63,413 bases of DNA, taken from NCBI RefSeq assembly GCF_001194135.2, contig NC_068987.1, positions 108,043,954 to 108,107,366 on the forward strand. The letters are read 5' to 3'. The DNA is from Octopus bimaculoides (taxonomy: Eukaryota). Shown here in pieces: positions 1-11,735 of the stretch (the first letter of the stretch is position 1; each line of letters begins with the position of its first letter). The notes under the pieces were generated by a model. The model was not told where the DNA came from. It did no database searches and was given only the letters and a program-made list of their open reading frames with translations. A program made the position numbers and the translations under genes.

Positions 1-99
1 TATATATATTAAAGTGTGTGTGTGTGTATGTGTGCGTGCGTGTGTCAGTGTTTCAGTGTAGGCATGTGTGCGATCTCTGTATTTATCTAGCTGTGTAGG

Positions 100-256
100 G
101 AGACGTACGCTCCTCAAACATATGGTTTCCGTTTCATATTCACAGCGTGGCTCATTGGGCAATTCTTTTCAAATTTAACCTCTGGTTGAGCCAAGACGAA
201 TGACTGGATTTGGTTGACGGAAACTAAAAGAAACCCGCTGTATGTATGTGTGTATG

Positions 257-340
<84 letters not shown>

Positions 341-515
341 TGAGAGTGTTTGATTTGTCCAATCTAGCAACTTCTGTTGGGGGTGTCTGCTTCGCCGTAA
401 CTTAACGTTTTGGTTAGAATAGATACTTAAGTAGATTCGTTCAACTAAGATTCTTGAAGGTGGTGCCTTCGCATGGCCGCAACCTAATGACTGAAACAAA
501 TAGAAAGAGAAAAAG
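100..515 (+). mobile_element. Degraded CORE-type SINE (OR2-like) with internal (GT)n expansion
   Basis: Decayed head and CORE-like GCGTGGCTCATTGGGCAA, then GACGGAAACTAAAAGAAACCCG, a (GT)n tract at about 259-338, and the family tail GCATGGCCGCAACCTAATGACTGAAACAAATAGAAAGAG. Homologous to the better copy at 34476-34876. Confidence 0.8.
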
Positions 516-594
516 TCAACAAAATTAGTTAGGAATCTAAATGAATTTGCAGAAAACCGGAAATTGTTTGTACTCCTCACTATGTATTCATATG

Positions 595-809
595 TTCTTT
601 TTTACTCTATGCACAAGGCCCGAAATTTTGGTGTAGGGGCCAGTCCAATAGATCGACCTCAGTACGCAACTGGTACTTAATTTATTGACTCCGAAAGAAC
701 GAATGGCAAAATCGACCTCAGTAAAATTTGAACTCAAAACGTAAACACAGACGAAATATCACTAAGCGTTTCGACCTGCGTTCTAACGTTTCTGCCAGCT
801 CGCTGCCTT
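595..809 (-). mobile_element. tRNA-headed SINE, family A (tail A)
   Basis: Reverse complement of the head AAGGCAGCGAGCTGGCAGAAACGTTAG, B-box GAGTTCAAAT and tail GGCCTTGTGCATAGAGTAAAAAAG; aligns to the copy at 10839-11062. Confidence 0.9.
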
Positions 810-812
810 AAA

Positions 813-1033
813 ATCTTTTCTACTCTAAGCACAAGGCCCAAAATTTGTGGAGGGGCAGAAGGGCCAGTCGATTAGCTCGACTCTAGTACGCAACTGATAC
901 CTAATTTATCAACCATGAAAGGTTAAAAGGCTAAGTCGACTATAGCACAATTTGAACTCAGAACGTAAAGATAGATGAAATGCCGTTATACATTTCGCCT
1001 GGGAGGGTAATTTATTTGCCAGCTCACCGCCTT
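813..1033 (-). mobile_element. SINE family A (tail A), head-to-tail with the previous copy
   Basis: Same head, body and tail; about 3 bp from the copy at 595-809. Confidence 0.9.
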
Positions 1034-1440
1034 ACTATGTATGCATATATTGTTAACTAACGATGAAATACATTATAACGTTAAGAGAGTAAGTGTTGAT
1101 TGATATACTGAAGGCCCGAATGTCATAAATTTAAATCTTTATTTTTTTTTCTGTGAATAATAAGCTATAAATTAATTGAAAAATTATTAGTAGCTGGATT
1201 GCGTGGCCAATGGCCAATGATAAACTGGAATAGATGACATTGATATGCCTTGCGTAAATACGTGTATACTGTATTTTTCTCAATTTTAAACTGTAGATAT
1301 ATGAATTTATGCATGAGTAATGTAATTCTATACTTGAGTAAGTTCATTTTTGTGCATATTTCTGTATGTGTGTATAAAAAGACAACATTACACATAATCA
1401 CATATATTCATACATTAACCCACTGATAACGATATATACA

Positions 1441-1491
<51 letters not shown>

Positions 1492-3058
1492 TTGCGTACA
1501 TATACACACGCAAATACACATACACATACATATGTATACATACATATACTTGTATATATGCACTATATATCTATGTATTATTTATGTGTATATATGAATG
1601 TAGTGTACATACAAACTTACCCAAAGCCATACATATGTATTATATTATATTAAATTATATTTTAAATTATTCACTAAGCAAAACTGTTTTCCATGAGTGG
1701 CTAGTTGTTAGTGATCCATTTTCTGGCCGTAAGAAACCGGCCTCGAATTCTGGTAACGACAGTTAACTACTTTAATGAATTTAATATAATACATACAATT
1801 ATTTTCCTCATTTTAGATGTATGTTGAAGTAGGTTGTCAATCTGAACGTTTTGAATGCACTAATAATTTTGAAAGCAGTTATTAAATTCAGCCGTAGGAG
1901 AAATTTCTGCGAGGAAATCCTTTGTTTATTGGTTAATTAACTGGTATTCAATTATAGCAATACATATTTAATAAGAATATAGGAATCGTATGTGGAATAT
2001 ATGCGAAGAAAATATGATAAGAGAAGTGAGCAGAAGTCAACGACATCCATACATTATCATTTTTTAGAAATATTTCTAAACTATGATCAACAACAAATAT
2101 ACGTTTGTTAACTTTTCTATTAGTTATAAATGTTGATCTTTTAATTAGAAAATTTCTGTATTTGCTTGCAGCTATATTTACATACATATGAAATTATCTG
2201 TTTCCCGCCTGGTAAAATACTAAAATCCTGCAAATAATCAATATCACTTACGTAATGTGTTGGATTACCACTACTGCATAACCTTTTCGAATTTATTTCC
2301 ACCTGAAATTTTAAATATCAACTAGCTCATTAATCGTTTTGAAAATAAGAAATCGTTATAATCATTCATATTTTTACCAAAGGAAATATATGAATTTGCA
2401 GTTTGGAGACCTCATGGTGGTGAGACATTTACAGAAAACATAGAAATTTACTAAAACATGAAAATAAATATAGAATATTGGAAAAAGCTTAAAAATTATT
2501 ATTTCATACAATGAGACTAACAATGACACCCTATGTGATAAACGCTAATTCAAATTAAGAATTAAGAATACATTTATTCTGCCTTTTAATTTTCGATCGA
2601 AATACAAAATCTCAACTTGCTTATTGATTGAGTTTAAATTTTGAACACGTTAGAGTAATTTAGATATTTTTAAAAATAAATATATCAATCTAGGTTTTTG
2701 GATAAATGTTCATTATTCCACAAGAAAAGTTGCTCAATATTTTATTTTAAACTCTTTCTCCAAAATTTGTCTCTATGCATTGCAGACGACTATGTTGAAG
2801 GGAATCTTTCAATTATATGTCTACCATTTTATTACTGCGATTTAGTTTGCCCAAACCATCCTTCGCAGAAATTTGACTCTCTCGAATTCCCAGGCTTGGT
2901 TTACAAAATTTTAAGAGGGATATGAAGGTCATCAATGCCATTGGTATTCGAAGGCCTGCAAAGATCATTGTGCTACTGTTGTGTCGAAGCCCCCAGGCGA
3001 AGAAGTAGGATCTCCGAAGACATATAAATAGAGGTAGTCTGGCCGTAGTAGGGGTGTT

Positions 3059-3113
3059 GAGTAGCAGTCGAGTAGCAGTCGAGTAGCAGTTGTGTAGCGG
3101 TTGAGTAGCGATC
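3059..3113 (+). repeat. 11-bp minisatellite x5 (GAGTAGCAGTC consensus)
   Basis: Units GAGTAGCAGTC, GAGTAGCAGTC, GAGTAGCAGTT, GTGTAGCGGTT, GAGTAGCGATC read directly. Confidence 0.85.
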
Positions 3114-4244
3114 ATGTGAAGGTGCTAGATAGCAGGAGCTTGTGGCATAACAGCTACCCCTTTTTATAGAGATACTGAATAAAACAAACATTCATACCTA
3201 TGATACAAAACAATTAAAAAATGATTATATATATGTGTATAAAATTCCTAACATCAAAGCAGTGTAAGTTGATACTTTAAAAGAGTTCCAATATACAGGG
3301 GTAATGACACATAACCTCTGATATTTTGTTAACATTTTTAATTATCATATATTTTGTTAAATATATCATCTAACTTTCCCGATAGAAACTTGAATGGGAT
3401 ATAACTTTTTGACCTTATCGTTTTCCACAAATGATTAATGAACTAATCAGAACAATATTTCTATCCCAGCTGTTCCAGACGCACCAACGATTTTAATTGT
3501 CAGTGCCATATAACAGATTAGCCAAGTATATTTATTTCTCTCCTCCACGGTAAATTGTAGCAAAATGCCTTTAGAAGTTATAATATATCACAAAGATATC
3601 TGAACTAATCTTAACTTCGTTTGTCGTCACTGTTTATCAATACTATTAATTATTACACATCTGAATTTCATAAAGTTCACTGATAAAATGTTATTTTCAT
3701 TGGTCCTCTAGTGGTTAAAGTCTAGCGGAATGTCTTTCGTAACGCATATTCGAACCTTCATGATGAAAAACAGCTATAAGAAAATTTAAACCTCTATGTT
3801 CGATAACATTAGAGTGATTTTTTCCAATTTGCGTTCCTTATTTAGAGCTGCATATTTCTTCAACGAGCATTTCGAGAATAGTTGTGGATGAGGTGCATTT
3901 GAGTATTTATTAAAAATTCCAGTTGTTCAACAAATATCGAGCTTAGATATGAATTCCTAAAGAAAACGGTCCAATCCTTCTTATATCTGTGCCTATTTAC
4001 TAAACAGATTTATGTTGGTGAAAGATATTTTTTACAGAAGTGCTTCAGAGTATAAGTGCAACAAACAATCTGTAAATGTCTTACATTCTACATTATCACT
4101 CAACAAGAATAACGAAATTTTATAATCCATGTTTTTGATCCGTCATCAGATGTAGAGCCATTGAAGTGGTCATAGTTTAAAGATACTTCATAAAGAAATC
4201 TTCTTGGTTAGTCAAAGACAAGATGCTTAGTATTGCTAGTAACT

Positions 4245-4530
4245 TCTTTTACTTTTTATCTTTTATTTTGTTTCATTCATTTAACTGCTGTCATCCCGGT
4301 GAACTATCTTTAAATATTTAGACGAACAAATCAATATTAGGACTTATCTTAAAGTCTGGTACTTAATATGTCGGTTCCTTTTCCTGAACCGCTAATTTTC
4401 AAGGACGTAAATAAACCTGTACGGTTTGACAAGTAGTGGTGGGGGATAAACACAAGCACAAAGAAACACACACACGCATACATTCGTTCACCCGCACATA
4501 CATACATACATATATATATATATGTGTGTG
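4245..4530 (-). mobile_element. OR2-like SINE, 3' half
   Basis: Degraded match to the reverse complement of the 3' half of 34476-34876 (GAACCGCTAA...GGACGTAAAT...GGTGGGGGATAAACACA). Confidence 0.7.
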
Positions 4531-4544
4531 TGTAGAGTGTTAGG

Positions 4545-4700
4545 TGTGATGTACAGAAGTAAATATTGAAAAAAAAGTCGTCAGAATTTTGGAATAACTT
4601 CTTTCCTTTATTTTATACATATATTAACTCTTTCGTTCGTCTTTCGAACTTGTCAAATATAACTGTGAAAATACAGAGATCTAGCTTATTTATATAAAAA
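4545..4700 (-). mobile_element. Penelope-like terminal-repeat remnant with decayed minimal hammerhead
   Basis: Minus strand 4660-4621 reads ATAT-TTGACAA-GTTCG/AAAGA/CGAAC-GAAA-GAGT-TA-ATAT, a hammerhead layout with core substitutions. Confidence 0.45.
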
Positions 4701-4834
4701 CAGGTGTTTTTGGTGGGGTTTTGTTTATAACAGAACATTGTATTTTTTTGGGGGGGTGAGGCTTTGGAGACAATGGAAGATGTATAAGCAAATAGATAGA
4801 TAGATAGATAGATAGACTGATAGTCAGACAGATA

Positions 4835-5324
4835 NNNNNNNNNNNNNNNNNNNNNNNNNNNNNNNNNNNNNNNNNNNNNNNNNNNNNNNNNNNNNNNNNN
4901 NNNNNNNNNNNNNNNNNNNNNNNNNNNNNNNNNNNNNNNNNNNNNNNNNNNNNNNNNNNNNNNNNNNNNNNNNNNNNNNNNNNNNNNNNNNNNNNNNNNN
5001 NNNNNNNNNNNNNNNNNNNNNNNNNNNNNNNNNNNNNNNNNNNNNNNNNNNNNNNNNNNNNNNNNNNNNNNNNNNNNNNNNNNNNNNNNNNNNNNNNNNN
5101 NNNNNNNNNNNNNNNNNNNNNNNNNNNNNNNNNNNNNNNNNNNNNNNNNNNNNNNNNNNNNNNNNNNNNNNNNNNNNNNNNNNNNNNNNNNNNNNNNNNN
5201 NNNNNNNNNNNNNNNNNNNNNNNNNNNNNNNNNNNNNNNNNNNNNNNNNNNNNNNNNNNNNNNNNNNNNNNNNNNNNNNNNNNNNNNNNNNNNNNNNNNN
5301 NNNNNNNNNNNNNNNNNNNNNNNN
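4835..5324. other. Assembly gap. Other gaps: 14217-14269, 30106-30200, 37432-37860, 47190-47890, 59396-59579, 62453-62552
   Basis: Runs of N, nearly all flanked by (TA)n or (GATA)n microsatellites. Confidence 0.99.
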
Positions 5325-5344
5325 TATATATATACAGCTGACTT

Positions 5345-5500
5345 GTAAACAAGTAAACACTTTCAGACTACTACATTTACTTGATTGGTTGGTCTGGGAC
5401 TATATTAGAAATCACTTCTTCAAGTTTCGTGCATTTAGACTATAAACCCAACACCATGGGGCTGGAAAGCGTGCTCCCTAACTATGCAGCCATACCTGCT
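5345..5500 (-). mobile_element. OR2-like SINE head fragment
   Basis: Reverse complement GCAGGTATGGCTGCATAGTTAGGAGCACGCTTTCCAGCCCCATGGTGTTGGGTTTA resembles the OR2-like head. Confidence 0.6.
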
Positions 5501-6509
5501 AATGTTCATAAACTACGCCAGCAATGAATGGACTAACCAATGACCAAGAGCAATTTGCTTTGACCATCATAACTGTTTTTCAGATATTGTTTGGAGTATC
5601 GTATTAGTCTGAATAGTTTTCTTTTTACTTTTTTTATCCTATTCGTTAGTTCTATTACGTTAACTAACCAATGAGTATCTTCTCCGCTTTTGTTTTCCTG
5701 GTTTATGAACGTAAGGCATTTTTACTCATATGTGCAAATAATTGTTAAAAATAAAACAAAGGAAAACATTTATATCGCCAACTACAAAAATTGTATAAAA
5801 TATCAAACTCGTTCTATAATATTTGAAAGTAGCAGAATTTTAATTCAGCGAAAATGTCATTGCATCTGTGATAAATGATTCGATAAATGATTTTAATATG
5901 CATACATGGTAATTTGTTTGAACTGTTTTCTAAATGCTAATTATCTTCTTAAATTTTGAGAGTTTTTCTCGTTGAATGTGTATCGGATTATTTTGAAAGC
6001 AACCTCGAAATGACAAAATAATGTGTTTATATGTTTATATTTTTTTTCGTGTTTATTTTTCTAAAATGCCATATTATTTATTCAGTTGTGAGCAAAACGA
6101 ATTTTTGAAAGGGGTAGTATCGCTGGCATGTTACATCGTCTATTTAATATTAGCTGTACGTATTTAGCGACGATATATGCATTGTTAGTGAAGTTAATCT
6201 AAATATATATTTTGAAGATAAATAAATGAAGTACACGATCGATTATATAAACCGAGTTTTCGTTAAATCTCATATCTCTACTTTTTGTAAGCCTTTCACC
6301 AATCATTTAATGTATAAGCATCGCTGCCAAATTTAAATATAGAGAGAAATAGGTTTATATAATATTACCAACTTTTTATTGTAAAGGTAGGGGAGGTCAC
6401 TTGTTAGCTTTGTCTAACAATACGTATACACACGCGTGCATGTGTAATTACACGCTTCTATAATTGTAAAAACTTTGGATAAGATGATAACTGTAATCAA
6501 AAAGTGGAC

Positions 6510-6849
6510 CTGCAGCTCCGCACTTGCCGTGCAATAACTTGAAGTGCTGAACGGACGAGCCGGTTAACTTTCTCATGATCTGGTTTGGTCCACATCTCCA
6601 GGCTGAGAATAGCTAGAAAGAAGTGACTAGCACGGCGACTAAGCACACAAAGAAACGGGCCAAAAGAAGGATAACTCTAAAGAGATTAGAGGTAGCGATC
6701 ACTACATCGCTACGGTCATGTATTAGTTCCTGATCATGTTACGTTGACCTGGTACATGTCATATGACAGGACTGGAACATCTGCTCTTCCAGCTTCTGAA
6801 TGAGGGGTTCGTAGCACTGCTCAGGCGTTTCATTTGCTGTCAACACGAG
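6510..6849 (-). CDS. Candidate two-exon fragment (6849-6749 and 6602-6510), product unknown
   Basis: Acceptors ttcttcattcag and ttctagctattctcag with phase-compatible open frames LVLTANETPEQCYEPLIQKLEEQMFQSCHMTCT / S / LEMWTKPDHEKVNRLVRSALQVIARQVRSC. Donors (gtcaac, gtccac) are weak and no homology is recognised. Confidence 0.2.
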
Positions 6850-6951
6850 CTGAATGAAGAATTGGGCATGCCGTGTCTATTGATGCGCCATCATGCATGG
6901 AGGTTGTAATATCTCCATCATTTCCTAACTTGTCCTTTTTACCATTTTCAG

Positions 6952-7020
6952 AATCCCCTCGTCTGGGAGAAAAATTAACAGATATGAACGTGTCCTTAGC
7001 CGGACCTGATCAAGCTGCAG
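6952..7020 (+). CDS. Candidate 69-nt phase 1-1 exon (ESPRLGEKLTDMNVSLAGPDQAA)
   Basis: Polypyrimidine tract ttgtcctttttaccattttcag, donor CAG|gtaaaa, length divisible by 3, only one frame open. No homology recognised. Confidence 0.3.
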
Positions 7021-9517
7021 GTAAAACGACGAAACCGTTTAGCTCGAATTCGTCTATTGTCTGAGCGTTGCTGACTTTTGGCCGAATACATCTGGTCATG
7101 TGTAGAACTGATCAAGATATCAGCTAAATACTCTGTGTATCTTAGTCTTTCGTTTTTAACATGATCAGGAAGAACAAGTAGAGTTTATCCAAAGAGTTTG
7201 TGTCGGGGCTGATTGAAATGCAGAAACACACAACGTGGAATTGAAATCCGTCAGATGATAACGTGGGGGCGGATGTTCCTGACGCAGCACTGTCAAATGC
7301 AAACAATAAGATATTACAAATATCTTATTTAATTTCGTATGTGTGTGTGTGTGCGTGTGTGTGTGCTTGCGTGCGTGTGTGTGTGTGTTTGTACATATAT
7401 ATGTATGTATACATTATACGCACATTCGCAAACACGTGCACGCACACACACTTAAATATCTTATTCGATACAGTTATGAAAACTCACATACTAGCATACA
7501 AGTGTCTGCGTCAAAGAAATGCCTGCGGAAGAAGTACGGTGATCATCGTGTCATCGACACAGAAACTTGTATGTTAGTCTCCATAGCTGCATCATTCAAT
7601 GAATATAGTCCTCTATTTCATTTCCTTTTGAGGTGTAGCATTGCTGTCACACGCGGTTTGCCAGTGTATACATGTGTATGTGCACACGTGCTTGTTTTGT
7701 TTGTGTGTATGTATTATACGTTTATACCAGGGTCTTCTTATCCACTGGTTATGTGTGTATAAGTTCGTTTGTGAGTACAAGGTTAATAATTTTCGTCAGT
7801 TACTTTGAAGTAATTAAGTGAACTTCTTCCAGTATTTGGGCACAGATATCTCTAAAATATATCTTACAATAGAGCAGGAGAGACATGGCCAGCGAAGTAT
7901 ATCTTGTCGTTGTCAACAATCGCTGAGTATTATGCAATAAAGTTGTCCTTTAATCCGTTCTTTGCATTTGTTATCAACACATGATCTGTTTCAGAGCCTC
8001 ATGTGAAACCTGATGTACGGAACCCGAAGGCGGTCTTGTAGCACCCCTTTTTTGTTTTTCATTGTTCAGGTTTCGCCTGTATTGAAGTGTAGTAAATATA
8101 TATTGACTTAATCGGCATGATAATATTCTTATCATATTACACAATTATCATCAGATATATAAAATTGCTGTAGTAGAAATATTGCCACAAGCAGTTCATT
8201 AATAATTATTTACAGAAAGACTTTCGCAGGTTAGACTTAAAATTTCATCGTCACATTGTGTCGTTTCCAGTTTCATTGTATGTCTATATGCTTAATAATG
8301 CACTAACTTAACAATTTCCTAAAAATATTTAATCACATTTAAGCCAAATGGTAGATATTTTATAAATACTGTACCCACATGATATCTCGTAAAAGTCAAA
8401 TTCACGTATATATTCGACAATTATCGAAGTCATTATAACAACTAGCAGCTTTCAAAACGATCGATGACCAAGACGAGAGTTAGAATATCAGGTGAAAATG
8501 AACTTGAAGTGGATAAATGCATCATTTATGCTAAATTTTATGTTAACAGACACGATTATTTGAAGTATTTGTTGTATATTGCTAGATGCGAGACACATTA
8601 TTGCATGTGATCGGAATTATATGTGACTGCAATTCATACAGTCATTTCCCAGCCAACGATCTCAATCTCACAGGTGTTACTAACAGAAAAGATAACAATG
8701 CTCCGCTTAACAATGCTGTTATAGTTGATCTCGTTTCACGTTTCATATGAAATTCTATCTAGGTCTACTTAAAATACAATCCTTGTACTGTTGTGAATAT
8801 AAGTACACTTAAAATTCAATACCAGTAAATTCCCCTTCTGATGTTAATATTGAGCTGGAATTAACTAGAACTCGGAAATTACATTTTAAGAATAGCATAC
8901 CCATCATTAATTACTTTATCTCTATGAATCTTTTTAAACAGTCTCCTTTACATTCAAAAGTTCGAAGCTAATAACAGAATTAAAATCTATAAATATAATA
9001 CGAAAAATTAATATATATCTATATTAAAATTATTTGTAGAAAAGTTGTTTCTTATGATTCGGTATGAATTTCTGTTAATAAAATTCGTATATTTGAGAGG
9101 ATGTCGTCCTTTATTAGTACGCGAAATTTTAAAATTATACCATCTGTAAGGTTCTTAGCACGATGGACGTCACCAGGAAACAGTACATGCTCTGATAAAC
9201 AATACTGATGGGTGAAATACAAAATATTCTTTCAATCCTGAGTTATTTGCAAAAGACATAACATAACATTAAATACTAGATAGTTGTAACTGCCATAGAA
9301 AACATGGTGTTTGCCATTAATCATATATGACAGTCACGTAAAATATACAAACTATATTGTTGTCTATAAACATAAAAATTATTAGTGAAATCCTTCACGC
9401 ATTACAGATTTTCATGAACCTAACACTTGTGCATCGATTGGGCCCCTGTATAGAAAGACTACGTTACATTGACGATATAGTGTCTCCCAGTCATCGCTAC
9501 ATTGGTGATGGGTGAAG

Positions 9518-9591
<74 letters not shown>

Positions 9592-9978
9592 GTACAATAA
9601 AAGTTGAAAATGCACTGAGAATATTTAATATAGTTATTATTAATATATTTAAAGCTTTAACCGGACTCTCAGTTCACACTGATTTTCAAAAAGTTCAAAT
9701 ACAAAAACCTGGCCGATGTCTCAGATGACTTGCTTCTGACTAGTGTTTGAAGCTTACCGTATTTTTATGGGGAGTTTGTGGTTCAAATTAGTATATATTT
9801 TGAATAGGATTTGTTTGGTAGCGGACAGTCACATGACTGGTCTTACTTTATATATTGATGTATCGAATTTGCTTATCCCCGCATTAGCTTCTATACCCAC
9901 TGAAGTTTGAATATTTTAAGCACTACTAAGTGTCTTCTATGCGGAGGACTTATGGATCTCATTTATGAACTATATATA

Positions 9979-10610
9979 CACGAGCATGTGCCCAAAAGTA
10001 ACAGGAAACAGCTATGTGGGACAAGCCCATTGCAGTTCAGGCTACCACCGTTAGAAGCCATTTTATGCGGCCTTCAATCATCAGCCTGCCGACCGGCTGC
10101 GTACGGTGTAGTCGTACTGCCACGTGATACATTTTGTCTTGCGTTGTTTCTCTCCACATCTTCGACTTCTGCGGTGCCTGAAACGAAAGAACAGCGTGCT
10201 TCCGTGAAATTCTGCTTTCTGTTCGTGAAAATGGCAGCCGAAACAGTTGCCTTGCTTCAAACAGCTTGCAAGGACGCTGCTATAGCCAAAACACAAGTCT
10301 ACGAGTGGCTTTCACGCCGTCAACCATCTGAACGAATGAAAACATCATAAAAATTCATGAACTGATCTTAGAGGACTGTCACCGAACAATTAACGAACTT
10401 GCAGATATGACTGGTGTGCCTTGGAGCTCCTTCCAACGAATTGTGAATGAATTTGTACCTCGATTGCTCACGGAAATTTGTACCTCGATTGCTCACGGAA
10501 GTTCAAAAGCAGTCACGACTGAATGCATGTCGTGAACTGAAAGAATAGCTGGAAGTTGATCTGGACCACTTTTCGAAGGTCGTCACTGGTGATGAAAGCT
10601 GGTGCTGCGG
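9979..10610 (+). mobile_element. Mariner-family DNA transposon remnant, 5' part, degraded
   Basis: TA plus TIR-like CACGAGCATGTGCCCAAAAGT. Translation gives EQRASVKFCFL...TQVYEW (helix-turn-helix), IHELILED...RTINEL, FVPRLLTE and FSKVVTGDESW (first catalytic D), with frameshifts, a stop and 3' truncation. Confidence 0.92.
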
Positions 10611-10838
10611 AATTTGCTGATGTGGAGAGGTGAACATGATGTGTACAAGTGAAAACTGTGGCTTTGAGTCGTTTTGACTGCTATCTTTAGCATGCTGGAT
10701 CTACAAGTAAAACCTTTCATTATTGATTGATAATTTTGCCCTTATGGTTCTTTTACGCATGTTATTATATACGTTTCTACGTGTCTGTATGCATCATCGG
10801 TTTCAGATCAAACTTGGCAATTTATAGTTTTCCTCTGG

Positions 10839-11062
10839 AAGGCGGCGAACTGGCAGAAACGTTGGCACGCCGTGCGAAATGATGAGCGGTATTTCGTCTG
10901 TCGTTTGTCCTTACGTTCTGAGTTCAAATTCCACCGAGGTCGACTTTGTCTTTCATCCTTTCGGGGTCGATAAATTGAATGCCAGCTGCGTACTAGGGTC
11001 GATCTAATCGACTGGCCTCTTCACCCAAAATTTCTGGCCTTGTGCCTAGAGTAGAAAAGAAT
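10839..11062 (+). mobile_element. SINE family A (tail A), near full length with target-site duplication
   Basis: A-box-like TGGCAGAAACG, B-box GAGTTCAAATTCC, body GAGGTCGACTTTGTCTTTCATCCTTTCGGGGTCGATAAA, tail GCCTTGTGCCTAGAGTAGAAAAGAAT. Imperfect TSD tagttttcctctggaag / tattcttcctctagaag. Confidence 0.95.
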
Positions 11063-11608
11063 ATTCTTCCTCTAGAAGATATAACTATATGCTCGATCAA
11101 CTTTTAATTATTATTTAAGAAAAAAAAGTTATGAAAAGTGTTCAATTTTTCTCATATTCATTCCTATGAATATCCTAACGAATTTCATAGATATTTCGCA
11201 AATGCAGTATTCTTCAGGACGTACATCTAAGGAGTCTCAGAGCTAGTAAACATCAGGAAAATTAAAATTTTGGCAATTTAACCCAAAAATTGATTACCAT
11301 ATTGCTTTGAAAAATATCTAAATTAATTCAAATGTTCAATGCTATCAATAATCTAATTGATATTTAAAACATTGAGTGAAAATGAATTAAATATGTAAAA
11401 ATTTTTGATAAGGGATTATAATAGAATTTCTATGATAAGCAGAGGGCTGCAGTTTTTGGAGAGTGATGTGGTCGACTAAATCAACATTAGTACTCGAAAG
11501 GTATCTATTTTATCGTCACTGGAATGTCAGAAATTCTTGAAAAATAACACAACTGAAAATGATTCCTATATTGAACAAGCCCATGAACATTAGAAATAAT
11601 GATAATGC

Positions 11609-11628
11609 TAATAATAATAATAATAATG

Positions 11629-11710
<82 letters not shown>

Positions 11711-11735
11711 CGATGATAATAATAATAATAATAAT
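11609..11735 (-). repeat. (ATT)n microsatellite, probably the tail of the adjacent LINE
   Basis: About 40 AAT units on the plus strand, directly abutting the LINE 3' end just after a minus-strand AATAAA at 11743-11748. Confidence 0.9.

Noticed and set aside
2878-2912. EFPGLVYKI resembling the TBP motif FPGLIYR
   Set aside because: The flanking residues do not match TBP; this is a short chance similarity.
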